DNA of 64,000 nucleotides from IMG/VR virus record IMGVR_UViG_3300037258_001214, positions 1 through 64,000 of that record; one strand, 5' to 3'. Origin of the DNA: a virus. The notes under the pieces are model-generated. The model was not told the DNA's origin, did no database searches, and saw only the letters and a program-made list of their open reading frames with translations. The translations under genes were made by a program, and so were the position numbers. Shown here piece by piece: positions 31,213 to 40,402 of the stretch (position 1 is its first letter; every line of letters begins with the position of its first letter).

Positions 31213-32018
31213 GCGGGACGGCGGCGTAATGCGGGCGGCTTGATCCCGATCCCCGCCAGCACGTACAGCCGGAACGGCTCGCCTCCGGCCAGGGTCAGCC
31301 TGGCGCCCCCCGCCCGCACCGCCGGCCTGACCCCGGGCGGCAGCACCTCCAGGCCCGCGAGAAGGGCGGCAGCCTCGTCCGGGGTGTAGTTCACCAGCGG
31401 GTCCCCGGCGGCCTGCCACGCGCCGCTGAGCCGGCCGAACAGGGCCTCGTCCTCGTTGCAGGTCACGGTGAGGACCACGGCCGACCCGGGCGCCAGTGCC
31501 GAGGCGTACCCGGCGATCACCTCGCGGGCCTGCGCCTGCTCCATGACGTTGGCCACCAGCCCGAAGACCGCGCACACGGGCTCGGCCAGGGCGATGACGT
31601 CGGTCACGGCAGGATGGGCGAGGACCGCCCCCGGGTCCCGGATGTCCGCCGTGGCGACAGAGAAGTTCTTGACCCCCTCGCGGGCCAGCCTGGACCCGTA
31701 CCGGTGCACCGCCCGGTCCCGGTCCACGCACGCCACCCGGGCCTCCGGGCCGGCCTGCTGGGCGGTGTCCCGGACCGACCCGGCAGCGGGGAACCCGGAG
31801 CCGAGGTCGAGGAACTGGGTGATGCCCAGGCGCGATGACGCCAGCAGGACAGCGTGAGCGAGGTAGGCCCGGTTGCTGCGGACCACCCGGCGCACGCCCG
31901 GGTAGATCTCCGCCAGCTGCCTCGCGAGCTGGCGGTCAGGATCGCCGTTGTGGTAGCCGTCCAGCAGGGCGTCGTAGACGCGGGATGGCACCGGCGCGGG
32001 CAGCGTCCGGGGGATCAA
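31170..32018 (-). CDS. Actinobacterial SAM-dependent methyltransferase (Methyltransf_19-like), copy 2
   Basis: SRVYDALLDG, GITQFLDLGSGFP, VACVD, ADIRDP, LAPGS, GIGIKP; TTA at 31227-31229. Confidence 0.85.
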   Translation of the reverse strand: MIPRTLPAPVPSRVYDALLDGYHNGDPDRQLARQLAEIYPGVRRVVRSNRAYLAHAVLLASSRLGITQFLDLGSGFPAAGSVRDTAQQAGPEARVACVDRDRAVHRYGSRLAREGVKNFSVATADIRDPGAVLAHPAVTDVIALAEPVCAVFGLVANVMEQAQAREVIAGYASALAPGSAVVLTVTCNEDEALFGRLSGAWQAAGDPLVNYTPDEAAALLAGLEVLPPGVRPAVRAGGARLTLAGGEPFRLYVLAGIGIKPPALRRRPAQRLRCLPGLSLGP

Positions 32019-33007
32019 AGCGGGTCCGCCTCCTCGGTCGCCCCCCGCTCGTCACCGTACGCCGTGCGGTCGTGCCGGCCGGCCGGCGGATCTCGCGGGG
32101 AGAGAGTCCCATGGGGAGGGATCCCCGCTGGCCATCGCCGGCCGGCCTGGCACGGCCTCCTGGCGCGCGGCACCCCCGGGGGGCATGCAGGGTGCCGCGC
32201 GGTCCGTAAGTCCTCCGCCGCCGGGACGCGTCCCACGCCGGCCAGCACGTGCCCTTCGCGGCGCCGGAACACCGGCTCGGGCTGCCAGGGGCGCCACGTC
32301 TGCGCCTCGCTGACACCGGGGCCCGCCATGGGGAGCCCGGCGAAGAACGACGCGATGTCCTCCCTGCCGTGGTTGACGAACTCCCCGGCGGTGTATTCCC
32401 ACGCCAGCTTCCCGGCCAGGTCCTCGTCGTCGAAAGCCGCCACGGAGATGGCCAGGCAGCTGCCGGGGGCGGCCAGCCGCGCGTACCCCGCGGTCACCTG
32501 CCGGGCCGTGTCAGCGTCCAGGAAGTGCAGCACCGCGGCCAGGATCACGCACACAGGCTCCGCGGGGTCGATGACGGCCCGCAGCTCCGGGTCGGCCAGC
32601 ACCGCGGCGGGGTCGCGCAGGTCCGCCTCGGCGACTGCCACGCGAGGGCCGGCGAGCAGCGCGCGGGCATGCGAGAGCACCACCGGGTCCAGGTCGACAT
32701 AGGCCACCCGCGCCCCCGGCCGGACCGCCTGCGCGGACTGGTGGACCGCTGGAGCAACAGGAAGCCCCGCCCCCAGGTCGATGAACTGGACGATCCCCTC
32801 ACCGGCGGCCCAGGTGACAGCCTCGGCGATGAACGCCCGGTTCTCCCGGGCCATGTCGGCCAGCGGCGGGTAGATCTCCAGCAGCGCGTCGGCCTCGCCG
32901 CGGTCGGAGGGAAAGTGGTCCTTGCCGCCCAGCAGCCGCGAGTACACGCGGGCCGCGTTCGGCGTGGCCGGATCAAACCCGGTCGCGGCCGGATCGAACC
33001 CGGTCAC
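32015..33007 (-). CDS. Actinobacterial SAM-dependent methyltransferase (Methyltransf_19-like), copy 1
   Basis: FDPATPNAARVYSRLLGGKDHF, GIVQFIDLGAGLP, YVDLDPVVLSHARALL, AVLHF; TTA at 32207-32209 just after the family C-terminus. Confidence 0.9.
   Translation of the reverse strand: MTGFDPAATGFDPATPNAARVYSRLLGGKDHFPSDRGEADALLEIYPPLADMARENRAFIAEAVTWAAGEGIVQFIDLGAGLPVAPAVHQSAQAVRPGARVAYVDLDPVVLSHARALLAGPRVAVAEADLRDPAAVLADPELRAVIDPAEPVCVILAAVLHFLDADTARQVTAGYARLAAPGSCLAISVAAFDDEDLAGKLAWEYTAGEFVNHGREDIASFFAGLPMAGPGVSEAQTWRPWQPEPVFRRREGHVLAGVGRVPAAEDLRTARHPACPPGVPRARRPCQAGRRWPAGIPPHGTLSPRDPPAGRHDRTAYGDERGATEEADPL
32164..32201 (-). terminator. 12-bp perfect hairpin starting 5 nt 3' of the TTA in methyltransferase copy 1
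   Basis: cgcgcggcaccc (32164-32175) / gggtgccgcgcg (32190-32201). Confidence 0.55.
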
Positions 33008-33737
33008 CGCGAGCACCGCCCCGGAGTGCCGCAGCACGACGGGTCGCGCCCGGGGCGGCGCGCCCGCCAGGCCACCCTGAGCCGCAGGACCGCCAGCCGC
33101 AGCGGCGCGAAGCTGCTTCTCCTCACTGAGCACGCCCGCCAGCCGGCGCATACGGCCGTGAGCCGCCCGCAGCCGGGGCACCCGTCCGGCCAGACGTTGT
33201 GATCCAGTCCCGGGTCCAGGCACGGGCTGGCCGGGGACGGGTCCTGCATCTGGCAGTACCCGCAGGTAACGGGCCCCCTCACCGTCCGGCCTCCGTCCGG
33301 CCGGCGGTGATCCCGGTGACCCTGCGGGCCCGGTCCCGGTCGACGGCGCCCAGGACACCGCGGAGCACGACCGCGTAGTCCGGGTCGAACTCGGGGCCGA
33401 GCGCGGCGAGCATCTCCTCGCGTGTCCCCTCGGGGTTCGCGTCCCGCCACCCGCCCACCTCGGCGCGGGCCCGGTCAAGGTCGGTCAGCTTCTCGTCCCG
33501 GAATCGCATGGCTCAGCGCCGCCTCCCGTAGCTGACCCGCAGGGCCATTGCCAGCCCGGCCGCGGACGCCCGGGTCAGCACGTGCCCGGTCCGGTCCCTG
33601 CGTGCCGCCTGCCACCGGCCGTCCCCGCAGCCGAAAGCCCAGGTGCTGCCCCAGTCCTCATGCAGCGCTCCGAGCGCCTCGGCCACGGCGGCATCGTCCT
33701 GGCGTGTCTCTCCTGGCTTCTCGTCCCGGAATCCCAT
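33004..33737 (-). CDS. Three small genes (33004-33282 Cys-rich; 33279-33509; 33513-33737)
   Basis: Coupled ORFs; the last two share the N-terminus M(R/G)FRDEK. Confidence 0.6.
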
Positions 33738-33881
33738 GGCGCCTGCCGGCCCTCCCTGGCTGTGCGGCACGTTTACGCCAGATGACGCTAGCGTGACGCT
33801 GAGGCAAACGACAGGTACGGCCAGTACTGGCGGCCCGGTTACTTCCCGCCGTTCAGGTACTCTCCGTGCGCGCTTAGCCGG

Positions 33882-35084
33882 TAACTCAGCGGGCCGGTAG
33901 TACCGGGCGTACCCGTCCGCGTCGGTGGCCGCGGCGAGTTCCCGCAGCGGGCGCGTCAGTCGCTGCTGCCGTTCGAGCAGTTCCGAGACGAGCTGGCGGG
34001 CGACCCCCTGATGCCGGAACCACGCCGGCGCCATCCCCCTGGCCTGCGACAGGACGGCGACCGCGGCGCCGCTGTGGCGGGCGTCCACGTGCGCCTGGGC
34101 GACGTCGAGGAGATGACGGCCGCGGGAGATCGTGCCGGGCAGGTCGGCGAGGTCCATCTTCCCCGCGGCCTTCAGCGCCTTCCCCGGCTGCCGCTGCACC
34201 GCCCAGGCGTAGGTGGCCTGCATCTGGACCGACGCGGCGGCGAAGCTGGTCCCGTACACCCGGACCCGGTGCCCGATCCGCTCCGCGGCAGCCCCCGCGA
34301 GCCGGATGTAGCCGTCCACGTCCCGGCCCGCCGCCGCGGCCGGGCCGACGGCGGTCATCAGGAGGTTCCCGAAAGCGGCCACATCCTGGTCCGGGCCCGC
34401 GAACGACGGCTCGATCCTCGCCGCTGCCGCGGCCGCGATCGTCTCCGCCTCAGCGAGGCGCCCCTGGTGCAGCAGCGCCCACGCGTACGTGCCCTGCATC
34501 GTGGCGTGCAGCCGCTCGTCATCGCCTTCGGCCGCCGCCGCGATCGCCCGCTCGGCCGCCATCGCGGCGAGGTCTTCCTTCCCCAGGTGGACCAGCAGCG
34601 CCGCCGCCTGGTCGTAAGCCAGCGCCAGCAGCTCGGCTGCTTCCGTCCCGTGCTCGCGCCGTGCTGCCCGCGCGGAGCGGATCAGGGGCGGCAGGACTGC
34701 GGTCAGCCGGGTCAGGTCCCCGGCCCAGTACGACGCCGTCGCATCCTCCACCGCTGCCCTGAGCTGGTCGGGGGCAAGCGGCCCGGAGTCATCCTCCCCG
34801 ACACCGGGGATCACCGACGGCGACAGGATCACATCCCGGAGCGCCAGGACACCCCCGTCGTCGGGGGCGCCGAGCCGGGGGCGCCGGTCGGCCAGCTCCG
34901 ACACGGTGACGTCGAGCGCGTCGGCGATCCTGGCCAGCACGGGGTACCGGGGATAGCGGGTGCCCTGCTCGGTCTTGGCGATCATCTCCGGGCTGATCCC
35001 GGCCCGGGCGGCCAGGTCCTCGCGGGTCAGGGCACGCTCGCGGCGCAGCCTCCGGAGACGGGTTCCCAGCGTGGTATCGTCCAT
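33882..35084 (-). CDS. XRE regulator with TPR-like C-terminal domain; no stop codon, frame passes a TTA (33882-33884) and fuses into the 33513-33737 gene
   Basis: LRRLRRERALTREDLAARAGISPEMIAKTEQG; Ala-rich helical repeats; ends ...YARYYRPAE-TTA. Confidence 0.85.
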
Positions 35085-35181
35085 AACGGCACCTCGGCGT
35101 AAATCTGGACAGCTTCGACAACTGCCAGCATAACCGCCTAGGTCCAATCGGCGCTCTGGCCCATGAGCTGCGAAGCGTGCA

Positions 35182-35216
35182 GATGCCCCCGCCAAGTCCG
35201 ACCTGGCGGGGGCATC
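35182..35216 (-). terminator. Hairpin terminator
   Basis: gatgcccccgcca-N9-tggcgggggcatc. Confidence 0.7.
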
Positions 35217-35233
35217 GTCGTCCCCTGCGGGGG

Positions 35234-35566
35234 CTAGCCTTCGGGCCGCTCGTGAAGCTTCGCCCGCTCGGGCCGCTCTCTGCCGATGAGCGCGTAGTAC
35301 CGCATCCGCGCCCCGGTCCTGGACATGCCGACGCGGCGGCCGATCTCGGCCCAGTTCAGGCCCTCGCGGTCCCGGAGGTCCAGGACCGCGTCGGCGCGCA
35401 CGTCGGCGCGCTTGCGGGGGCCGGCCGGCCGGATCAGGTCCCCGAGCCACCGCTGCACCGTGCGCGGGTCGGCGTGCACCTGGGCGGCGATGGCGTACGT
35501 GGTGAGGCCCAGGCCGTACAGGCGCCTGGCCTCGGCGACCTTGGCCTCGTCGCGCTGGCGGGGCAT
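35234..35566 (-). CDS. Double HTH protein
   Basis: GLTTYAIAAQVHADPRTVQRWL and GLNWAEIGRRVGMSRTGARMRY. Confidence 0.75.
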   Translation of the reverse strand: MPRQRDEAKVAEARRLYGLGLTTYAIAAQVHADPRTVQRWLGDLIRPAGPRKRADVRADAVLDLRDREGLNWAEIGRRVGMSRTGARMRYYALIGRERPERAKLHERPEG

Positions 35567-36237
35567 CAGGCGACCGGGTATCCGAGGTCGTCGCTGTCCT
35601 CGCCCCAGATGGCGAGCGACTGATCGGTAAGCTCGGCCTCGCCGGGCTCGCCCGCCACCCACCTGTTGCTGCTGAACCGCGCTGCGGCGCCGTGCTCCTC
35701 CATGAACCAGCGCGGCCATGCGCTGGTCTCCAGCATGTTCTCCCGGACCGGGATCCAGACGGTTCCGTCCGCGGCCTCGGTGTAGCCGTCCGCGTAGGCG
35801 AGGCTGATCTTGTCGGCCGTGAGGGTGTTGAGGTGGGCGGCGAGGCGCTCGCATGCGGCGTCATACTGCTCGCAGGTCTGATAGGTGCGGTTGCTCATCT
35901 GATGCTCCTCGGGCTGTTCCCTGCTGACGTGCCCGGCGCGGGGCTCGCACCCGCCGTGCCGCTCTCCGGGCTGTGCTGCTGGTCAGGACCGCTCGGACCG
36001 GGTGCATTCCCAGCCATCCGCGCGGAGCTGCGCCCGGCGCTGCTCGAATGCGGCGGTCAGCGCGTCATGGCTGGTGAACAGTTCCCGCTCGATCGGGGTG
36101 TCCCGCCCGATCGGCCGGGACTGGATCATGGCGTATTCGCCGGAGGGGTGCCATAGGCCGAACAGGTGGATGTACTCGTGCTTGAAGTCCTCGCCGCGGT
36201 CCCACGCTTCGTCGATCTGGACTGAGGTGACACTCAT
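35566..36237 (-). CDS. Two small hypothetical genes (35566-35898, 35983-36237) with duplicated leaders
   Basis: Near-identical ~36-bp RBS leaders; TTGACA-N17-CATTAT promoter on the minus strand at ~36274-36302. Confidence 0.65.
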
Positions 36238-36409
36238 CTGGGCTCCTTCGGGCTGTTCCTTGCTGACATCTCTATAATGCCGCAATGGAGTCACCTTGTC
36301 AAGACTTTCGGGACAGTATCCGCACGCAAGAGTCCCCGCACCGGATAAGCACCGCAGGTGTCAGCAAGGATGCTCGCCCCAATGGAGCCGGCGCGGGGAC
36401 CAGTCCAGC

Positions 36410-36985
36410 CTAGCCGTGCTCTCCGCCATCCGGGGGGCTGGGCTGGTGCTCGTCGGCGTCGCCGTCCCGCGCAGGCTCGGCCCGGACCGACGCCCCGTCC
36501 AGGTCCCACGCCCCATCGCCGCCGAGGCCTTTGCGCGCGATCGCCAGTGCCAGCGTCACGGCCTGCGCCAGTCCGCCGCTCTCCACGGTGACCGCCATCA
36601 GCAGCACGGGGGGCGCGATGCCCGGCATCCCGCCGAGCTCCAGTCCCGACGCGGCCGGCTCGGCCCGGACGGCGGCGGCGAGGCGCGCGGACGCGGCCCG
36701 GTGCGCCGCAGCGGGGATCACCCTCCCGGCCCGGAACACGGACACTTCCGCCAGGTAGCGGCGCCTGGGCAGGACATAGGTCCCGCTGCCCTGCTGGAGC
36801 GACACCAGGCCTTCGGCGGCCAGCATCCGCAGCACGACCCCGGCCGATTCCGGCGAGATCCCGTGATCCTTCGCGAGTACCTGCCTGCTGGGCACCTTCT
36901 GGCCGGCCGGCCATTTCCCCTCGTAGATCTCACCCCGGAGCTTCCTGGCAACGGCCGTAATCGATGCCGCTTCGCCAGGTGTCAC
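36410..36985 (-). CDS. GntR-family regulator (Kor-like)
   Basis: ARKLRGEIYEGKWPAGQKVPSRQVLAKDHGIS...LAAEGLVSLQQGSGTYV; divergent from the transfer operon. Confidence 0.85.
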   Translation of the reverse strand: MTPGEAASITAVARKLRGEIYEGKWPAGQKVPSRQVLAKDHGISPESAGVVLRMLAAEGLVSLQQGSGTYVLPRRRYLAEVSVFRAGRVIPAAAHRAASARLAAAVRAEPAASGLELGGMPGIAPPVLLMAVTVESGGLAQAVTLALAIARKGLGGDGAWDLDGASVRAEPARDGDADEHQPSPPDGGEHG

Positions 36986-37064
36986 CAGGCCTCCTGCCAG
37001 ACGGGGGTCATTCCCCACATCGTAGAGATCTCCGGGGTCTGCCGGTAGCACCTGCTGGCCTCCC

Positions 37065-37116
37065 TTGACATCCGCGGGCAACGGCTTACGCTAAGACTGT
37101 AATGCACTACGCATTA
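37065..37116 (+). promoter_or_regulatory. Promoter TTGACA-N16-TACGCT with downstream palindrome TAATGC-N5-GCATTA
   Basis: 37065-37070, 37087-37092, 37100-37116. Confidence 0.6.
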
Positions 37117-37141
37117 GGCAATAGGTCAAGGAGTTCCCGCG

Positions 37142-37639
37142 ATGGCCAGCCTCACCCTCTACGAACTGCTCCGCCCCTGGCGCCTGCGCCGCGCCGTCCG
37201 CCGCTACGAGCACCACCTCAAGGCCCTGAACGAGACGACTGTCCCGTTCCTGCGGGCTAACAAGCTCGAGCTGATGGCCCTGTACGCCGAGGCCATCTCC
37301 GGCTACGAGCACCGCGAGCCCGCCACCCGGGAATGGGGGGCCGCGGCGGACATCCTCCGCGCCGTGGCCGCCACTGAGCGGTTCTGCGTGCTGGCCGACG
37401 CGTGGCCAGGACGCAACGAGCCGGTCATCACCAGCCCTGGCTTCCTCAGGCACTGGGAGGACCTGGACCGCGGGGCTGTCCAGGGCGACCGCCGCGAGCG
37501 CGCCGCCGTCCTGCGCAGGCTGCACGCCGAAGCCGCTGAATGGGATGTACCCGGCGTCTCGGTCCTCGAAGGCATCGCTCGGACCGAGGACGCCGCCGCC
37601 GCGGTGCTGGACGAGGACCGTGCGCTGGTGACCCGGTGA
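37142..37639 (+). CDS. Hypothetical protein, first gene of the transfer operon
   Basis: RBS AAGGAG; stop overlaps the WhiB start. Confidence 0.65.
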   Translation: MASLTLYELLRPWRLRRAVRRYEHHLKALNETTVPFLRANKLELMALYAEAISGYEHREPATREWGAAADILRAVAATERFCVLADAWPGRNEPVITSPGFLRHWEDLDRGAVQGDRRERAAVLRRLHAEAAEWDVPGVSVLEGIARTEDAAAAVLDEDRALVTR

Positions 37640-37911
37640 ACGGCGGCGACTGGCGCGATCAGGGAGCCTGCCGGGGCGAGGACCCGGACCTGTTCTTCGG
37701 CCCCGAGGACGAACGCCCCGCCGCCAAAGCCGCACGCGAGGCCCGGGCCATCGCCATCTGCGCCCGCTGCCTCGTCCGCCTCGACTGCCTCGGGTTCGCC
37801 CTCGGCCGGCCGCAAAAGGCCGGCGTGTGGGGCGGGATGAGCGAGGACGCCCGGGCGCGCGAGCGGCGCCGCAGGCTCCGCCGGGCGGCGAGCGCAGCAC
37901 GGCGGGCATGA
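37636..37911 (+). CDS. WhiB-family transcription factor
   Basis: WRDQGACRGEDPDLFF...CARCLVRLDC...GVWGGMSE. Confidence 0.92.
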   Translation: MNGGDWRDQGACRGEDPDLFFGPEDERPAAKAAREARAIAICARCLVRLDCLGFALGRPQKAGVWGGMSEDARARERRRRLRRAASAARRA

Positions 37912-38126
37912 ATCGCCCCGCCGCCGCCGCGCTGGTCCTCTTGCTCATCGCGGCCTGCCGTATCCACGTCACCATCTGGTTCTTCGGCCACCCGGTCGCC
38001 CATCCTCCCGTCGCGGGACTGATCCTCGTCGTGCTCGCCGCGGCCGCGGGCGGCATCCTCTTCCTGATCTGGCGGGCACTGACGGACACCATGCCGGCAG
38101 CCCGTCCCGCAACCTGGAGCACGTGA
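37908..38126 (+). CDS. Small membrane protein
   Basis: Two hydrophobic helices directly before traB. Confidence 0.6.
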   Translation: MNRPAAAALVLLLIAACRIHVTIWFFGHPVAHPPVAGLILVVLAAAAGGILFLIWRALTDTMPAARPATWST

Positions 38127-40231
38127 TGAGCGACCCCATCCCCGATGGCGTGCCGGATCCGCCGGAACTGCACCTGGTGCCGCGTGACACCTCGTTCGAG
38201 CACGCGCTGGACGAGACCGCGCCCAAGCCCGAGCCGGTCCACGACGGCGACGGGATCGAGATCCCGAAGCTCGGCGGCGAGCGGCTGCCGCTGATCCCCG
38301 AGCACCTGAGGACGTGGAAGGGGATCCGCTCGACCGCGTGGAAGTACCTGGACGCGGCCGGGTTCCACGTCTCGTTCCACGCGCTCCGCTCGCCCGGGTA
38401 CCTGGCCTTCTCGGCCTGGTGGGCCGTGGTCGGCGTGGTCCGCCTCGGCAAGCGGCAACTCGCCTGGTGGTGGGTGGCCGACCATAGCCACCTGCGGACC
38501 AAGCAGGTGCTTGACGGCAACTCGCCGGAGTACCGGAAGCTCACCTCGGACGTGCGGAAGATCCGGAGCTGGCGCGGCACCGTGCTCGGCGCCGAGCTGT
38601 TCGCCATCGTGCTCGCCCTGGTGCTCATCGCCGTCCTGGCCCCGTGGTGGGCGTGGCTCATCGTCGCCGCGGTGACGATGCCGCCGCTGGCGCACGCGGG
38701 TCGGCCTGCGCACCGGCCGATCCTGCAGTCCGCGGTGACGACCCCGCTGGTCCGCAGGATCAGCACCGACGCGATCGTCAGAGCCTACGAGCGGGCCGGG
38801 CTGTGCAGCACCGACCCGAAGAAGCCGGCCGACCACCTCGGGTTCGGATCGACCATGAGCCGCGACGCGCTGGACAAGGGCAGCCAGGTCGTGGTCTACC
38901 TGCCGTACGGCGGGACGTTCGAGTCCGTGGTCAACGCCAGGACCAAGATCGCGTCGGGGCTGGACGTGGCTGAGGCGCAGGTCTACTTCACCCGGGATAA
39001 GAAGTCCGAGCGGCGTCACACGCTGCTGGTGCTCGATGAGGATCCGCTGGCCGAGCCTGCGGGCCGGACGCCGCTGCTGGACTGCAAGCAGCGGTCGGTG
39101 TGGGGAAAGATGCCGTTCGGCCTCGACCAGTTCGGCCGCCGGGTCGCGTTCTGCCTGATGTGGTATTCGATGCTGATCGGGGCGCAGCCGAGGAAGGGCA
39201 AGACGTTCTCCGGCCGGCTCATCGCCCTGTTCTGCGCGCTGGACCCGTGGGTCAAGATCACCATCATCGACGGGCGCCAGTCGCCGGACTGGCTGCCATT
39301 CCGGTACGTCGCCCACCGCTACATCCGGGGCACCTTCCCGGGCCGGGACGGCGACCCGATCGAGCAGGCCCTCGAAGCACTGCGCGAGATCCGCCGCCAC
39401 ATCGACGAGGTGAACGACGAGCTGGCCACGCTGCCGGTGTCGCAGTGCCCGCAGGGCAAGCTGACCGAGCACCTGCACCGCACTAACCCGAAGCTGCGGG
39501 TGTGGCTGCTGATCATGGAGGAGTTCCAGGTCTATTTCGAGCTGGGAGACCAGAAGAAGAACAAGGAGTTCGCCCAGGTGCTGGCAGAGATCCAGGCCAT
39601 GGGCCCTGCGGCTGGCGCCATCCTCGTGTCGCTGTCCCAGAAGCCCTCGGGTGTCGGCGCCGGCGACGTGCAGCGCCTGTTCAACCGGTTCCGTGACAAC
39701 CACCAGCTCCGTTTCGGGTTGCGGTGCGCGAACCGGGACGTGTCCAACGCGATCCTCGGCAACGAGGCTTACGGCGAGGGCTACGACTGCTCGGGGCTGC
39801 CGCTGGGCGACGAGTACCGCGGCGTCGGCATCCTGTACGGCCTGACCGACGATGCCCCCACCGTGCGGACCTACCTCGCAGATGGCGAGGATGCCGAGGC
39901 CATCTGCCTGGCCGCGCGGAAGCTGCGCGAGAAACGCCGCACGCTGTCCGGGTACGCGCTCGGCGTCAAGGTCGACGAGCCCGAGTCGGACATCGTGGCG
40001 GACCTGCTCGAGGTGACGGGCGGCGACGCTGGCTTGTGGTGGGAGACGGCGGCCGAGCGGCTGGCCGCCCGGTTCCCGATGCGGCACGCGGACGCGACCG
40101 CCGAGTCGGTAAGCGCCGCGGCCCGGGCCCGGGGCGTGCCGAGCGGCGACGTGCGGTGGCCGCCCGGGCGGGCCGGCACCAACCGCAAGGGGTGCAAGAA
40201 GACCGATCTAGCCGCCGCGGCACGGACGTGA
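38123..40231 (+). CDS. FtsK/SpoIIIE-family DNA translocase (TraB-like)
   Basis: N-terminal TM helices, Walker A GAQPRKGKT, Walker B LLIMEEFQ, LSQKP; context of GntR and Spd-like genes. Confidence 0.88.
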   Translation: MMSDPIPDGVPDPPELHLVPRDTSFEHALDETAPKPEPVHDGDGIEIPKLGGERLPLIPEHLRTWKGIRSTAWKYLDAAGFHVSFHALRSPGYLAFSAWWAVVGVVRLGKRQLAWWWVADHSHLRTKQVLDGNSPEYRKLTSDVRKIRSWRGTVLGAELFAIVLALVLIAVLAPWWAWLIVAAVTMPPLAHAGRPAHRPILQSAVTTPLVRRISTDAIVRAYERAGLCSTDPKKPADHLGFGSTMSRDALDKGSQVVVYLPYGGTFESVVNARTKIASGLDVAEAQVYFTRDKKSERRHTLLVLDEDPLAEPAGRTPLLDCKQRSVWGKMPFGLDQFGRRVAFCLMWYSMLIGAQPRKGKTFSGRLIALFCALDPWVKITIIDGRQSPDWLPFRYVAHRYIRGTFPGRDGDPIEQALEALREIRRHIDEVNDELATLPVSQCPQGKLTEHLHRTNPKLRVWLLIMEEFQVYFELGDQKKNKEFAQVLAEIQAMGPAAGAILVSLSQKPSGVGAGDVQRLFNRFRDNHQLRFGLRCANRDVSNAILGNEAYGEGYDCSGLPLGDEYRGVGILYGLTDDAPTVRTYLADGEDAEAICLAARKLREKRRTLSGYALGVKVDEPESDIVADLLEVTGGDAGLWWETAAERLAARFPMRHADATAESVSAAARARGVPSGDVRWPPGRAGTNRKGCKKTDLAAAART

Positions 40232-40353
40232 TGGCGCGGCACATGTGCCGCGTTGGCGCGGCACGCGCTGACCTGCGGGAACGTGATCGGGCGCGGCACA
40301 TCGGCGTCTGTGCCGCGCCCGGTGCCGCGCCTGGCTGGTGCTGTGACCTGCGG
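40216..40353. repeat. clt-like locus: 7 copies of 8-mer CGCGGCAC plus 2 copies of TGACCTGCGG
   Basis: Forward at 40216, 40235, 40257, 40292; reverse at 40245, 40310, 40322; TGACCTGCGG at 40269 and 40344. Confidence 0.75.
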
Positions 40354-40402
40354 TTCCGCGCGGCGGTCGTGCTGAGCGGCGATGAGGAGGGGTCCGGACC
40401 CC

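Noticed and set aside
35085-35864. 5' part of the 783-aa ORF 33513-35864
   Set aside because: Arg/Pro-rich alternative frame over the 35234-35898 genes and a terminator; the true start is MDDTT at 35084
37091-40087. Very long ORFs opposite real genes (e.g. 37091-40087, 45751-47292, 9890-11749, 27727-29445)
   Set aside because: Antisense shadows of GC-rich coding sequence, with no motifs or RBS
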